DNA from: Dimorphilus gyrociliatus
Lineage: Eukaryota; Animalia; Annelida
NCBI GenBank assembly: GCA_904063045.1
Contig: CAJFCJ010000010.1
Location: forward strand, 1,612,001-1,676,000
Reading direction: 5' to 3'
Length of the DNA stretch: 64,000 nt
Shown: positions 43,559-56,300 of the stretch, piece by piece
Numbering within the stretch: position 1 is the stretch's first letter
How the letters are laid out: the number at the start of each line of letters is the position of its first letter
Translations under genes and position numbers: made by a program
The notes under the pieces: generated by a model
Seen by the model: the letters and a program-made list of their open reading frames with translations, nothing else
What the model was told of the DNA's origin: nothing
Databases searched by the model: none

Positions 43559-46500
43559 AATTATTTGTATTGTAACATAAATATTTGCATACTCTATTCA
43601 TGTATATAAACAGGTTTACAGTATACATTCACTTTGTTTGTCATTGTAATGCTATTGTAATTTGTAACATGGAATAGAAAGAGCTAGAAAAGGATTACAA
43701 GTATATTTCTTTGTTTTAATCAAGTTTTAGCAAAGTAAACTTAATTTTGGCACTTAATATTTTTTAATATGGGGAATAGACAGTTGTTGAAATTGTAATT
43801 GATTGATCTTAGTTGTATTTAATATATAATATATTAGAATAGATTGGACTTAATCATTGACTTATACAATATATACATATAGGAATAAAATCTAAAATTA
43901 GAATATGTACTATAAGTTTGCCACTAAATCTCTTGCACTAGAGCTATATATAAAAAGAAATATTACGAAATAATCATTACAATATGGATTATTTCTAAAA
44001 ATACATCATCTTAAATACCTATGACTTGATATCTTTGATATCTTTTTCTTTATTAGGATAGTGAAGAGTTTATTACATATAATTAAGACATATTATTGTA
44101 TTCGTAAAAAAAAAAGGACAATAATAGACAAATATTACTCTTTTCTTATCAGCTATCTCGTGCTAATTATCATTTAATTGTATTTTTCCTCCTTATTTCC
44201 TCAACTTTTACTTATCTCGATTAATTTTTAGCATGATACATTAATTTGTTATTTGTAATACTTCTCTTTTCTATATTATCTTTTCAATGCTGTAAGAGTA
44301 TAAGATGAAATAAAATTAAAAATTCGGTTTTTCTGTAAGAATAGTTTCGTAAAGGTGTCCAAGAATAGAAACTACTTTACATGATAAACTTAAAAGATAA
44401 ATAGAATTTAATAGAGGTTGCAAAGAAGAAGAAAACTAGGTTTCGCTTTTTTTTAGTAACTCTAAATTAATAAAGAAAGCACTGGAAAAAGGAAAGAGAT
44501 GTGGAAAATAAGTCTAAATTTTACATAAAAAAGCACGTTTACTTTTTGAAAGCTATTTCCGAGAAATAATTACTACAATTTGCTGATTGGCTAACAAAAA
44601 CTGTGAGATTTCATAGTCTGTTGTTAATTTTCACTAACTTTATAGATTAATGAAATGCTGTATACGGTATTCTAAATATATATAAACAACGATAGACTGC
44701 TTTTATTTAACAAATGATGATTTTCGCAAATTTCTAACATCCGTTTATTATTAAAATACAACTATGTTCTTTTGTTTTCCATACTAGATAATTTTTTACT
44801 TGATATCCTATTCCAATCGGTATTTGTTTTGTTGGAGAGAGAGCAAGTGTAGTTTAGTGATTTAATTGGAGCGAATACCAAGTATAGTATGACGTAGTTG
44901 TAATCAGTCCATCCGTAGTTTATCTTATCAATATGTCTATATTAAGAAAAATTTACAGAGAATAGGAAAAAGGAGAAAGAGTGTGTGTGACCGTGTCTAT
45001 TATTATTATATTTAGATGAGAGGGTGCGTGAGCAGAGGACGGAGTGAGTGAATGAGTGAGTAGTGAATATGAATTAGTGAAGAGACTGAAATGGAAAGAG
45101 AGATACATAGAGATAGAAGTCGAGATAGGAAGAAAACATGGGAGGAGGGAAATTCACAGATAGAAATCAAAATGAACTATCAAACGAATAAATCAGTATT
45201 TAAGATTAAAAGTAGTTAAAAATTTTGCATTGAATACACCAATTACATTTACTAAGTAGAACAATGAAATAGATACCAACACACTCTAATTACATATATA
45301 TATATAAATTTATATATTTTTATAAATAGTACGTAAGGAGAAAAACTAGGAAAGGGGTGGATAGGTGGGCGTTATATCTTGACCGAATTTATGTTATAGC
45401 TTGCCCTTCGTTTTCTCTGTTATAATAAGAAATATTATAATAATTTAATAATATAATTACCATTAAGGATAGCTATATTACACGGTATATATATATATAT
45501 ACATCTAAATTATATAGAATTAATAGCTATAGGCTGTTTTTAAGAAATGATTTTATATTACTAAATATATACACGTATTTAGGAGAAGACAGTATTTGCA
45601 TGTGAAAATTCAATTTAGAGAAATACTTCTTTTCTCCAACAAAATCAATAGTCAAATAATCTAAGAGTAGCAAATATATAATAGGCATATTAGTGCTTGA
45701 ATTAAATTAGGTTAATTTTTAAGATTACTATTCGATACGATCAAAGTACTCTTTCTCTCTTTTGACGGTAGATGGCATTTCAATTTTGAAATATATATAT
45801 ACTGTATATATAGATAAAAATATTTATGTAAATGTACTCCAGTTTTATAGAAAAATAACAATACGATATTCAATTAAAATCCATTAGAGAAAAAGAGTTT
45901 AAACTTCTCTTTTAAATACTAGAAATAAGAATTTTCTTGACCTAAAAAAAATTCTAAACTTGTTGTATTTTTAAAGATTGAATACAATACTTAAATTCAT
46001 TACGCATAGTGTTATATTTATGCGAAAGTATAATGTATATGCATATTACAATGTTAGTAAATGGTGAGTTGTTGTTTAAAGAGGGCTGGAAAAAAATTGT
46101 ATAGGTGTATATCTATTACAAAATAAACAGAAAACAGTCTAGTCTATTGATACGAAAAACATATACATTACGAATGCTTTGACTCTTTTTTTTGTTGGTG
46201 TAAAACTTACTGCCTGTTAACACAGTTTTTTTTTTATAATGATTTAACTCAAGTAGATGTTTGTTTTTTACTCCCTTTTCCAAATAGACGATATATAAGT
46301 CAATATGAAAATAGTCTAAAGTAAGCATTAACATATAATAAATTCTCCCAAATCTGTACAACAGTGTTTATTCGGTTTATGCTTCAGCTAAATTAAAAAG
46401 TAAATATTGAATTTTCTCAGATTTATTTCTATTGTTTTATGAATTACTGAAGTTTTATTTGGAAAACTCTAGAAGGATAACAATAAATTTCGAATTAAAA

Positions 46501-46559
46501 TCGAGAAATGCCAAATTGGATAAGAGGAAACGGAAACGCCCAAAGCATTTGTATTAAGT

Positions 46560-46700
46560 ATGATGATTGGCTGATATTAGAATCACTTCACCAATGAACG
46601 ACCGGAAAACTTTTTGCGAAAAAAATATAAACTGTCATGGCGAATGCGATGCAAATCTTCGATAGGACTCATGGATTGGTAATCATTTTTTATAATTATA
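46560..46700 (+). promoter_or_regulatory. Probable RERE promoter (CCAAT boxes, ETS-like site)
   Basis: GATTGG (twice), CCAAT and ACCGGAA cluster in a locally GC-richer stretch ~700 bp upstream of the first RERE coding exon. Confidence 0.35.
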
Positions 46701-47426
46701 TCCGTGTTTTTTTTAAATTATATATTCATCGAGTTAATAACCGAGCTCATATATTCGCTGTCCATTAATTTATCAGAGCGGACAGTTTGCCCGATTCCGT
46801 ATAAAACGAATTTTTATCACCCGGTTCAGCATCTTTGTGTAGTATGCTGAATAAATTTATAAATCGTACAATCTGTGAAGCTTAGACATTTAAGAAGCAT
46901 AGTTACCTTAATACTTACTAAATTTAGGGCTAAAGAGAATTGTTTTTTTTACGTGAAATTATATAATAACGTGTGAGAATAGTCGTTGACTAATTGGCAG
47001 TTGGAAGAGTAAACAAAATAAAAAGAGGATTAAAATTGTGTATATACCTTGGCAAGTGTACTATTACAAATTCATGCCTTAACTGTCAACCTGCAGGAAG
47101 ATTTAATAAAAGAAAGCGAAAGACTTCAAAAACGTTCTGCTTATCTAAATAACAAATCGGAGTTCAAACATAACACGCCTGCTAACGATTTATTGATAAT
47201 GTATTTTTTTATCTGATTGATGCATACTCGATTTTTCTCTTTAAAAAGGTTCTTTAAGAGCCTTACTCAAATATTAGTAAAGTAGATAAATTGTAGTTGA
47301 CAGATCGATTGCCGAATAATGAAATACGTAAAGTAGATTTATCGCACTTTATTTAAAAATTTTTCTCTTATCTTTTTAGAGTAACTAACAGAAGGGAAAA
47401 GATCATCGACATCGAAATTCAGCACC

Positions 47427-50400
47427 GTGGCTTCTACACAGGGTGAAATACGTGTAGGTTAGTATATATATATATATATATATATATACTGTATATAAAA
47501 AACTGTATCATCTATATTATATACTGCATGCATTACACCTGTCTAACCTCCTTATTGTTCGCAAAGTAATACGCCTCTCCAATTTTTTTTCCTGTTATTA
47601 TCTAAATCATATCTCTTTAATCATGTAGTTATCACTACTTTTTTTACCATTAACATCAAATACATACTATTAATCTTACATTTCTAATCAAGCATTACTT
47701 TTAACCTACGTTATTTTTATTAGCGATAATCCGTTTACTAAGAAAAACTATCAATAAGACAGTTTGAATAATAGATATTAGTAGCATAATCCTCGTGGAA
47801 TTGTTTAGTCGTAAAGGTATTTTAAAGATAAATTAGTCTTTTCAGAAATCTTGTTTTTGTCCTATACAGTTCTAGTTTTTTTTTTTATATAATATGGATT
47901 TCTTCTCTTCCTCTCGCTCTCTCTATTGTTTTTGTTTTTTTACCAATAATAAAGATCCGAGTTTGTGTAATCTTTCTAATAATACCCTTTTTATTTAGCG
48001 ATATTTATCTTTTGAAAACTATCTTGATCTATCTATCTATCTATCCATCAAGCTATCTTTATCTTTTAGCACACCACTACTATACCTCTTTCACACCATC
48101 TAACTTACCCCCTGCCCCTCTTCCATACATTAAGCTGATACGCCCTAAAAAGAACGAATTCTTTTTTTTAGTCGTGTTCTTACACTTTGAAACTTTATAT
48201 CCAATAAAGCAAAACAATCAACTAGAAAATTTTTGTCGACCTTTATTCCCAATATACTAGCCCTTTCTTGACCTCTTCTTTTTATTTTTCTTTTTTAAAC
48301 GATACGATACGGGGTCAAAGATGACTTTTTTGTACGCCCGATTTATTTTCATAAAAAGCCGAGAAGAAACCCGCACCTGTCAACTGGCAAAATAACCTCT
48401 ATTAAATGATTTATTTTTTTTTTTACACCTTTTTAAATCCGATAGGGCGTTAAGTCGAATATTAAATTCTGCATTTATGATAATATCCCAAGATAAATTT
48501 TTTGTTGTTGCCGTGTCAATTAATCAATTCGTGACTTTAAAATATGTTATTTTTTTTTTAAATCAATTTTTAGGACCTGGTCACCAAGCTAGGCTTCCGG
48601 AATGCAATCGTTTAGAGTATGATGACGAAAAACCAAGAGAAAGCCTAAGATGGGTTCCATCTTCGATATCCGATCAAGATTTAATCATGTATCTGAGGGC
48701 AGCCAGGTCAATGGCGTTCTTTGTAGGAATGTGCGACCCCGGCTCAGGGGATGACGGCAGCCAGGCAGCTTCTCAAGATAGTACGACAGTTAATGCTCTC
48801 GAGATAGTAATTATACCTTTTACTTTCCTTCTACTTAACCCATGCATCATAACTTATCCCCCCTTGTTTCGTTATTCTAATATAATATTTTTGGAATTTT
48901 GCCAGCTGCACGATTGTAATTACAACAAAGGTGAAGCTTTACAAGTATTGGTCAAGTGTCCAGTTCCAATCAATATAGAACAGAAGTGGAATGAGGAAGA
49001 AACGGTAAATAGACTCAATTAAAATCTAAATTTCACTAGGAAAGAAATAAGCCTACTAATTATCTTCAATTATCGTTATTTATGAATAAGAAACCTAACA
49101 AAAATACGCCACAAAAACCTAAATTAAAAAGCTTTCGAAAACGTCTCGACTTAGATATTACGTAATCGGCATTAAAAAAAATGTTTTAAATAGAGAATCG
49201 TGGGAGATTTGTTTTTTTCTTACGTAATCTTGCACTTGTGCCTTAAATTTACGGCTCTTTTTATTATTATTCTTTGTTTCTTTATTTCTTTTTATCGTTT
49301 CATCCGTAAGTTGATATCATAAATTTTTCTCTTTGTCTTCTTACTTCCTATAAGTTGTAAGGAAAAAAAATATTAGTAAAAGAAAATTATACGTGCTCTC
49401 TGTGTGGTGTTTAGAATCGGTATAAGACAAACGCCGCGCATGCGTAGTCAATTACTGTGTTAACCTCTCCGGTTCGTTTTTTATCCCATATTCAAAAGAT
49501 AACTTAGCATTTATGACCTATACATAATATCAATACTCGTCATTATTGTCTCTTCTATTTATATTTTTATCAATCCATTCGTTCCGCCCTCTCTCCCTCT
49601 CCCTCTTTCTCTTTTCTTTAATATATAATTATCTATACTGTATAATCGTATATATTTAAAAACACACATAGCCAGAATGACTAATTAAAAGGCCCGTAAT
49701 TTCATTCTCTATAATTTAATATTTAGGCCTACAAATCTATGTAAGTGAGTAAAGATCGGAAAGAAAGAAAAGATTAAAAAAATCAATTTCTTTCTTTTAG
49801 AATGTAAAGCCTTATTATACTTATGACCTACTTACATACTGAATAGAAAAAATTTACACGTACGAATTCTATCTTCAACAAAGATCTGTCTTCCATTTTT
49901 GTGGTTTTTTTAAAGCGTTGTAAACGCTCTATCCCTTGTAGAATACGTCATAGGAAACAAGATAAATAGGATGGATTAAAATATTCCTTTTTCCTTTATA
50001 GAAGAGATTCTCGAAGGGATTGAGACAATACGGAAAGAATTTCTTCAAGATCCGAAAGGAGCTACTTTCTCATAAAGAGGTCACCGATTTGGTTGAATAT
50101 TATTATATTTGGAAGAAAACTCAGGCTGCCAATAATCTCAGACCGACTAGACGTAGAGTTAGTCAAAAGAAAAGTCAGAGAACTCCTAGAACTCCTAATC
50201 CTGAAGAAGAGGAGGGCGAAGAAGCTAGTAGTTCGGGCGAAAGCGACGAAGAAGATAGCGACGGTTTAGTTTCTCATTGTTCAAACTGCTTTGCTTCATC
50301 AATAAGTTCAGATTCGCAAAGTTGTTCGAAAGGTTTATTGTGTGGTCTGTGCTTTGATCATTGGAAGAAATTTGGAACAGATCGACCGACCGATAGGAAT

Positions 50401-52566
50401 AAGGAACCACCTTATTTCGATCAAGAGCAAAAGACTTCTGCGTCTACCAACGGCACTAGTAGTACTGAAGGTGCAGAAGAAAGTGAGGGAGCAGACGCGG
50501 ACGTAGAGGAAGCGAATAACGAGGAGAACGATAACGACTCCTATTGTTCATCGACGTGTTCGACCCCTATACCTAATCCACCACAGATTGTTTCATCAGT
50601 TCCCATATGTTCTACTCCTATGAAAGCCCCTCAATTGACTTCATCATCATCAGCGTCAAGTTCGGGTTCTAGTTCTAGTAGTTCTAGTTCAAGTAGTTCT
50701 AGTTCAGAGGCTCATACAGAAGAAGAAGGCCATATATCTCCCCCTCCCCAACTCGCAGCTGTTCCACCTCCGAAACCTCAAATCCTAACGCCAACCCCTC
50801 ATAGACCAGAACCATTCATCGTGAAAACAGAAAAACCAGACGAAGTAGGCGGACTAGCTGGAGAATCCAAGCATCGTCCTGTATTAGCTGTGCCTCCCGT
50901 CCAACAGCAGCAGCAACCACAACCACCTCCTTTAATTTCCTCACATATCAAGGAGGAATTGAAGGATCCTGCAGACATGACCATGGCTTCTCTAAGCCAT
51001 CAAGGAGGCCATAGTAATCCGCCTCCGCCGGGTCCTCCACCACCATTACGGCCTTTACATCATGTAAAATCGGAATTGGAGTCTGAAGAAGATGAAGCTA
51101 ATTCAACAGTTCAATCAGACGTTTGTGAAGATAGAGATGCTCAAGAAGTATCAATAGTTTTGAAGGAAACCAAAAATGCGATTCTTATGAAATATCTAGA
51201 TAGAGGAGGAAATTCCTGTTCAAGGACGGATATTGGGTTCCGCATTAAGCCTGGTTCAAATTTCGCGTTGAAGAAATCATCAAACAGCGAAAAGAGATCG
51301 TCGACTGGCAAAACACCAACAATTGTACCCGTTAAGGAGGACAAAACGAAAATGATTCCCGAGAGTGGAAAAACAGCCGACGCTCAAATAATGTCGCATA
51401 TTGGACAACCAACTCTACCAACTGCGTTCGAAAGAAACCCGAGATTCTTAGGAACAGATACCCCAGCTCTTTCCCAACTTAGAGCTTACAGTGATAGAGC
51501 TCACGCTTTGGGCTTGGGTCATACAGTACCTACTAGTTTGGCTTATAGCGGGGCATTGGTGCCAACCTCGGATCCCCTCCATCAGAGAACCCTCTTTCAG
51601 CATCCTACACCAACAAGTAGGGATAGACTGGAAGCTGAATTACTTAGGGATAAACAGGAAAGGGATGCAAGGGAAAGGGAGATGAGGGAAAGAGAATTAA
51701 GAGATTTTGAATTGCAAGAAAAGATGAAGAGAGAATTAGAAATGAAGCCGCAAGCCATACCAACGGGTGACGCTCACCTATTGCAACTTCAAAGAGAATA
51801 CGCTCTTAGGGGATTAGCTTTTCCGCCTCATTTATCCGCCTTATCCGGATCTGGATTGCCTACTCCACCCCATTTGCCCGGAATCTACCCTCCGGCTTCT
51901 CTAGCAAGCGATCTGATACACAGAGAACGGGAAATGAGAGAAAGAGCATTGGGTAAGTGTTATGTAATGATGTATACAAATCGGATGATCCCAATCCCAC
52001 CAGTGACAAAGAGTTTATTATAGCTGTGATCGAGTGACATAAGATAAGCTAAGCTTGTTGAATTATCTAGTATTTTTTCCGATTTTACACCTTTTACCTT
52101 ATTTAAACATATGCATTAAAAGTATAGATAATGAAGCATATCTTCTCCCTCAACAGCCGAGAGATTTCAAGCCGAGAGAGCAATGGCCTTTGCAAACGAT
52201 CCCGTTGCCCGATTACAAATGGCATCCGCTGTACACGCACATACTCATGCTCATGCTCATACTCATTATCACCTTCATCAGCCGGACGGTACTCCCACTA
52301 ATCCTGGTTCTTTGCACGGAGCTCCGCAACTTCCTTCGCACTTAGCGCCTTATCAACCGCCAACTTCAATGGCCAGCAGCCTTCCTTACGCCGGCCACGC
52401 AGCTTTACTAGAGAGAGATACTCTTCTACAAAGGGAGCTATTGGCCAGACAAGCGGGCGCAGATCATTTAATCGCACAACAGCAACACGCGCTACATCAT
52501 GATGCCCTTATGAGAGAGCAATTACTACAGCGGGAGCGTTTAGGCGTACATATTCCACCTCATTAA
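47427..52566 (+). CDS. RERE: Atrophin/RERE (ELM2 + SANT + GATA-like finger + RE repeats), 5 coding exons, ~907 aa; start codon proposed as GTG
   Basis: Exons 47427-47457, 48574-48806, 48906-49004, 50002-51952, 52157-52566 join in frame. [10 protein letters not shown]|[39 protein letters not shown]...YYYIWKK (SANT), C-x2-C-x17-C-x2-[29 protein letters not shown]. Gene identity is secure; the start position is a hypothesis. Confidence 0.9.
47463..47488. repeat. (TA)n microsatellite at the start of RERE intron 1
   Basis: Direct reading; followed by CTGTATATA. Confidence 0.9.
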
Positions 52567-53371
52567 AAATTACTATTTATACGTGTGCATGAATGTGTGT
52601 TCATCTGTCCGCCTTGTTTACAACTGTTTTACTTGGGACAAAAATGCCATAGATAACACGTGTTGGATAGGTACTAAAATATTCCCTTTCGGAGATAGGT
52701 TATAATCGTTTTCCAATCTTCTAATCTAGTTTTAGTAAAGGAAAACGTTGCAGAAAAATATATTTGACACATCTAGAAGAAATTAAATACGTGTTATCTG
52801 TGCCAAATGGTAAATAAAAAAATTATAAAAATATATGATAATCAATTCTCTATACTCATATATTCTTGTAATTTATCTCTCTCTCTCTCTCTCTTGGTTA
52901 TTGTGCTTTTTACGTTTATAGTTGGACATTTTATTTTTTTTTTTTGAATATTTCAGGCGAATTTAAAAGTAACGCTTTTTTGTGAATAGAAATTCGTCTT
53001 AGCTTTCTCTATACATTGCATACGTTATACTTTCTTGTGCTAGATCTATTCGATTGATAACGTAAACAGAATAAATTTTAAAAGTATTGAAATAAATTAT
53101 TAAATTTTCTTCCTTAGTTTGCGGAACAAACATTAAAAATAGTGCAATATAAAGATAGGCAATGTAAAAAAAAATGTTTATTATTGAACAACAATATATA
53201 AATTAAACTCTGTAAATAATTTTTAATAATATTTAGTATCGAAATGTAGGTTAACCATTAAACATAAATAATCCAACTAATCACAAATAACAAACTATTA
53301 CGGTGAATTTGTCTTTTTTATAAATTTTAATGTACCTATTTTTCGCATAAAGAAATCAGTGTTTTTAATAA

Positions 53372-56300
53372 TCAAACTGTCAATAATCTTGTTCGTTTAC
53401 CTTTTAGTCTTCTAAATATGTTGGCAAGAAAGGTGAAACACGTTCTATAACAGAGAATAAACCATCTTTCAACCTATTGGAATAAGAAAAAGGGCAAGGA
53501 GGACAGGCAAAGAAAGAGCAGATTAAATAATGTTCTGATAGTTTATACGTATTAGTTATGTAATTAAGAAAACTTACAATAGACGGTATTAAGGACCAAA
53601 TAATCCCTAGAGTGAGCAGGCCGACAAAAATATATAGATAAATTTCTATTGAGTCTTTTCTCCCTTTCCTTAAAAGTGTATAAATATTTAAAAATATTAA
53701 TATTTATATAGAAATATAATTATTACATACCATTTACGTAATTCTTTAACAGATAAATATTTATTCCTAAAAGTTCTGGGTAATTCAAATTGTGATGGAA
53801 TTGGGAACATAGCCTCGTAAAAATCTTGTAGAATTGCTTTAACCTAATTAATAAATATAATACATATATATAATATAAACATATAATATGTATAATTACT
53901 GTTTTTGCATGTTTGCTCTTGTGATCTATATTGTCATTGAGACAGATGAATTTTTTCGATTGTTTTCTAACTTCGTCCAATTGGCCAATAACGTGGGATA
54001 TATTAGAATGTATCATTTTAAACATGATATCATCTTCACCAACAATCTCGAATCTAAATTATTAAACAATCAAGAATTAATCATAATAATAATAATAATA
54101 AGAAATGACTTTATTTCTAACTTACTTATATTTATTTAAATTAAATGAAGCTTTTCTAATAAGCTTTAAAATCGGTTCACAATTTTCTAATAAATATTTC
54201 GTAACTTGTGGCTATGTTTTACATATAGTCAACAAAATAATTCATTATATATATACTGTATACCATTTTGTTTAAATAATAAACTTCTTTCTTTATACTA
54301 TTCGATATATTCTCAGGAAATTCGTATGAACAATTAATTAATGCATTTTCGAACGAGTTCAAAGTCTGTAAAAGTAATTCTTATTAATTAATTAATTAAT
54401 AAACTATATATTAACTCCTATTCTTACATGAACGTCTATCGGTAATTTATATAATTTTGTAACAAGTGTACGAAGTTCCCGATCCGATAGGATACTGAAA
54501 TATATAATCCGTCTCTGATTAGGGACAAAAAAACGGGGGAGGGGGCGGGGGGCGGTGCGAAGAAATGTTATTATTTACCTTGAAGAATCGGTATCAATTT
54601 GATTGAATATTTCAGATATTGAAAAATTATTTTGAGCGCTCATTAAATAATAAAAGTACGTAAATGAAAATTGCATGTCTTTACTACTTCGAATTTTTCT
54701 TGATGAAGTATCGTCCCATTCTTTTCGAAATATTTCTTGCAACTCGTACATAACATTTCTGTCAATCATATGAGCCATGTGAGCTGGAACCTTCCTCGGA
54801 GAATAACCGAATGCTTTGTTATAAATTCTATTAACGTGACGAAGGGATTCGGCGTACGTATCCAAAAGATGTCGACCCCTAAAACGATCTATTTTGTATT
54901 CTTCTGTTCTTCTTTCGGATTTCTCCTTCATCTGTAAGTAAAACACGGAAATTATTTACAATTATATTAATACTATTAGCAATCTAACGTTAATTAGGTT
55001 GTTAAATATTCCTTGTTTTTCCCAAGGCAAAGCTCCATTTAAATTTTGAGGTTGCTCAAAAGGTAAATCCTTGATGCTTAATAATCTTCTTCCCTTTTTT
55101 ATATATTTGTCCAAGTCTTCCTGAGGAACATCTTGCTTTTGTTGAGATTCCAATATTTTCAAATGAGAGAGTTTCGACTCTTCATCAAACTTTCTAACTA
55201 GAACATTTACTTTATACTTAAATCCCTTGTCTGTCAACTGTCCTTCCGCTTTCATCCTTAACAATTCTTTGTACATATAGGTTAAACTTGAATTTTCTGA
55301 TAGAATTTGATCAGTTAAATTCCTTGGGGGAAGTGTCAAGTGTTCGGGGATTGAATATTTTTGAGCTTTTGGTTGTCTAATTTAATATTACATAATATTA
55401 CATAATCTGTCAACTGTTTCGAGCAGATAATATACCTTAATTCATCGGGTATACCAGTAAACGAGTATATTTTATCAATATTGACTTTGGGAGTTGTTTT
55501 AACTTCTCTCTCTCCATTAGGTTTAGCTCTAATTTCGAAGTGAAACGCCTAATTAATTTAATAAAAAATATTAGCGTTTCTTTTTACCTACATACAACTA
55601 CAAACCTTTGAATTATTTTTACCAATATTTAGATTGATTTCTAAATTCGTCTCATTAGAAAAGGCGTCAAATACAACTATAATCAAAGAAAATTTCTTAG
55701 CGTAAACAACTGTTCTAATTCCATTTTCATTTTCAAAATCTCCATAATTAAATGTCATATTCTTTGTTAAAGATTTTGTTAAATTTAAATATGCAGACTT
55801 TTCGCCATTTGGAATATTATAGATTTTTATATCTGGTTTAAATTCAATCTCATAAATATTTCCATAATTTTCTATACCGCAATCTCCAGCATCAAAACCG
55901 CAATCAAGAACGTTACATGCCTTAAGTTCAATTGTTGTTATTATATATAAATTTGTATGATAAATGGTGTAAATATGATTTTACCTGATCACAATAACGA
56001 TCAGCCAGCCAAGTATCAGCGCAACCGGAATGGCAGAAAGCTTTAGATGACAAATCAAAGTATCAACTTTAATGCATAATATAATATTTTTATTATACTT
56101 TGTGGAATAGGGTCTCTAAGAGCTAAACCTGCTCCTCCTCCACCCTGACCTTGAGCACCTACTTTCTTTGCTCCAGTTCCTATTGAAAACAAATTAAATC
56201 CCTTTATCAATTGATTCCTTTAAAAATAAATTTAATGGAAAAAAGTCTTCGGACGTACCTATACAATCTCCACCATCGTAATCGCATTCAGTATTATTAC

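Noticed and set aside
46756-46851. Two small hairpins in the putative RERE leader as an ncRNA
   Set aside because: Stems of only 6-8 bp and no H/ACA or other family signature.
47319-47387. ATG at 47319 as the RERE start
   Set aside because: Out of frame with [10 protein letters not shown] for each donor (47328, 47333) and acceptor (47379, 47391) pairing; at most a uORF.
50638-50925. Poly-Ser and QQQQQ tracts in atrophin as a DRPLA-like expansion
   Set aside because: Only five Gln; low-complexity tracts are normal for atrophins.
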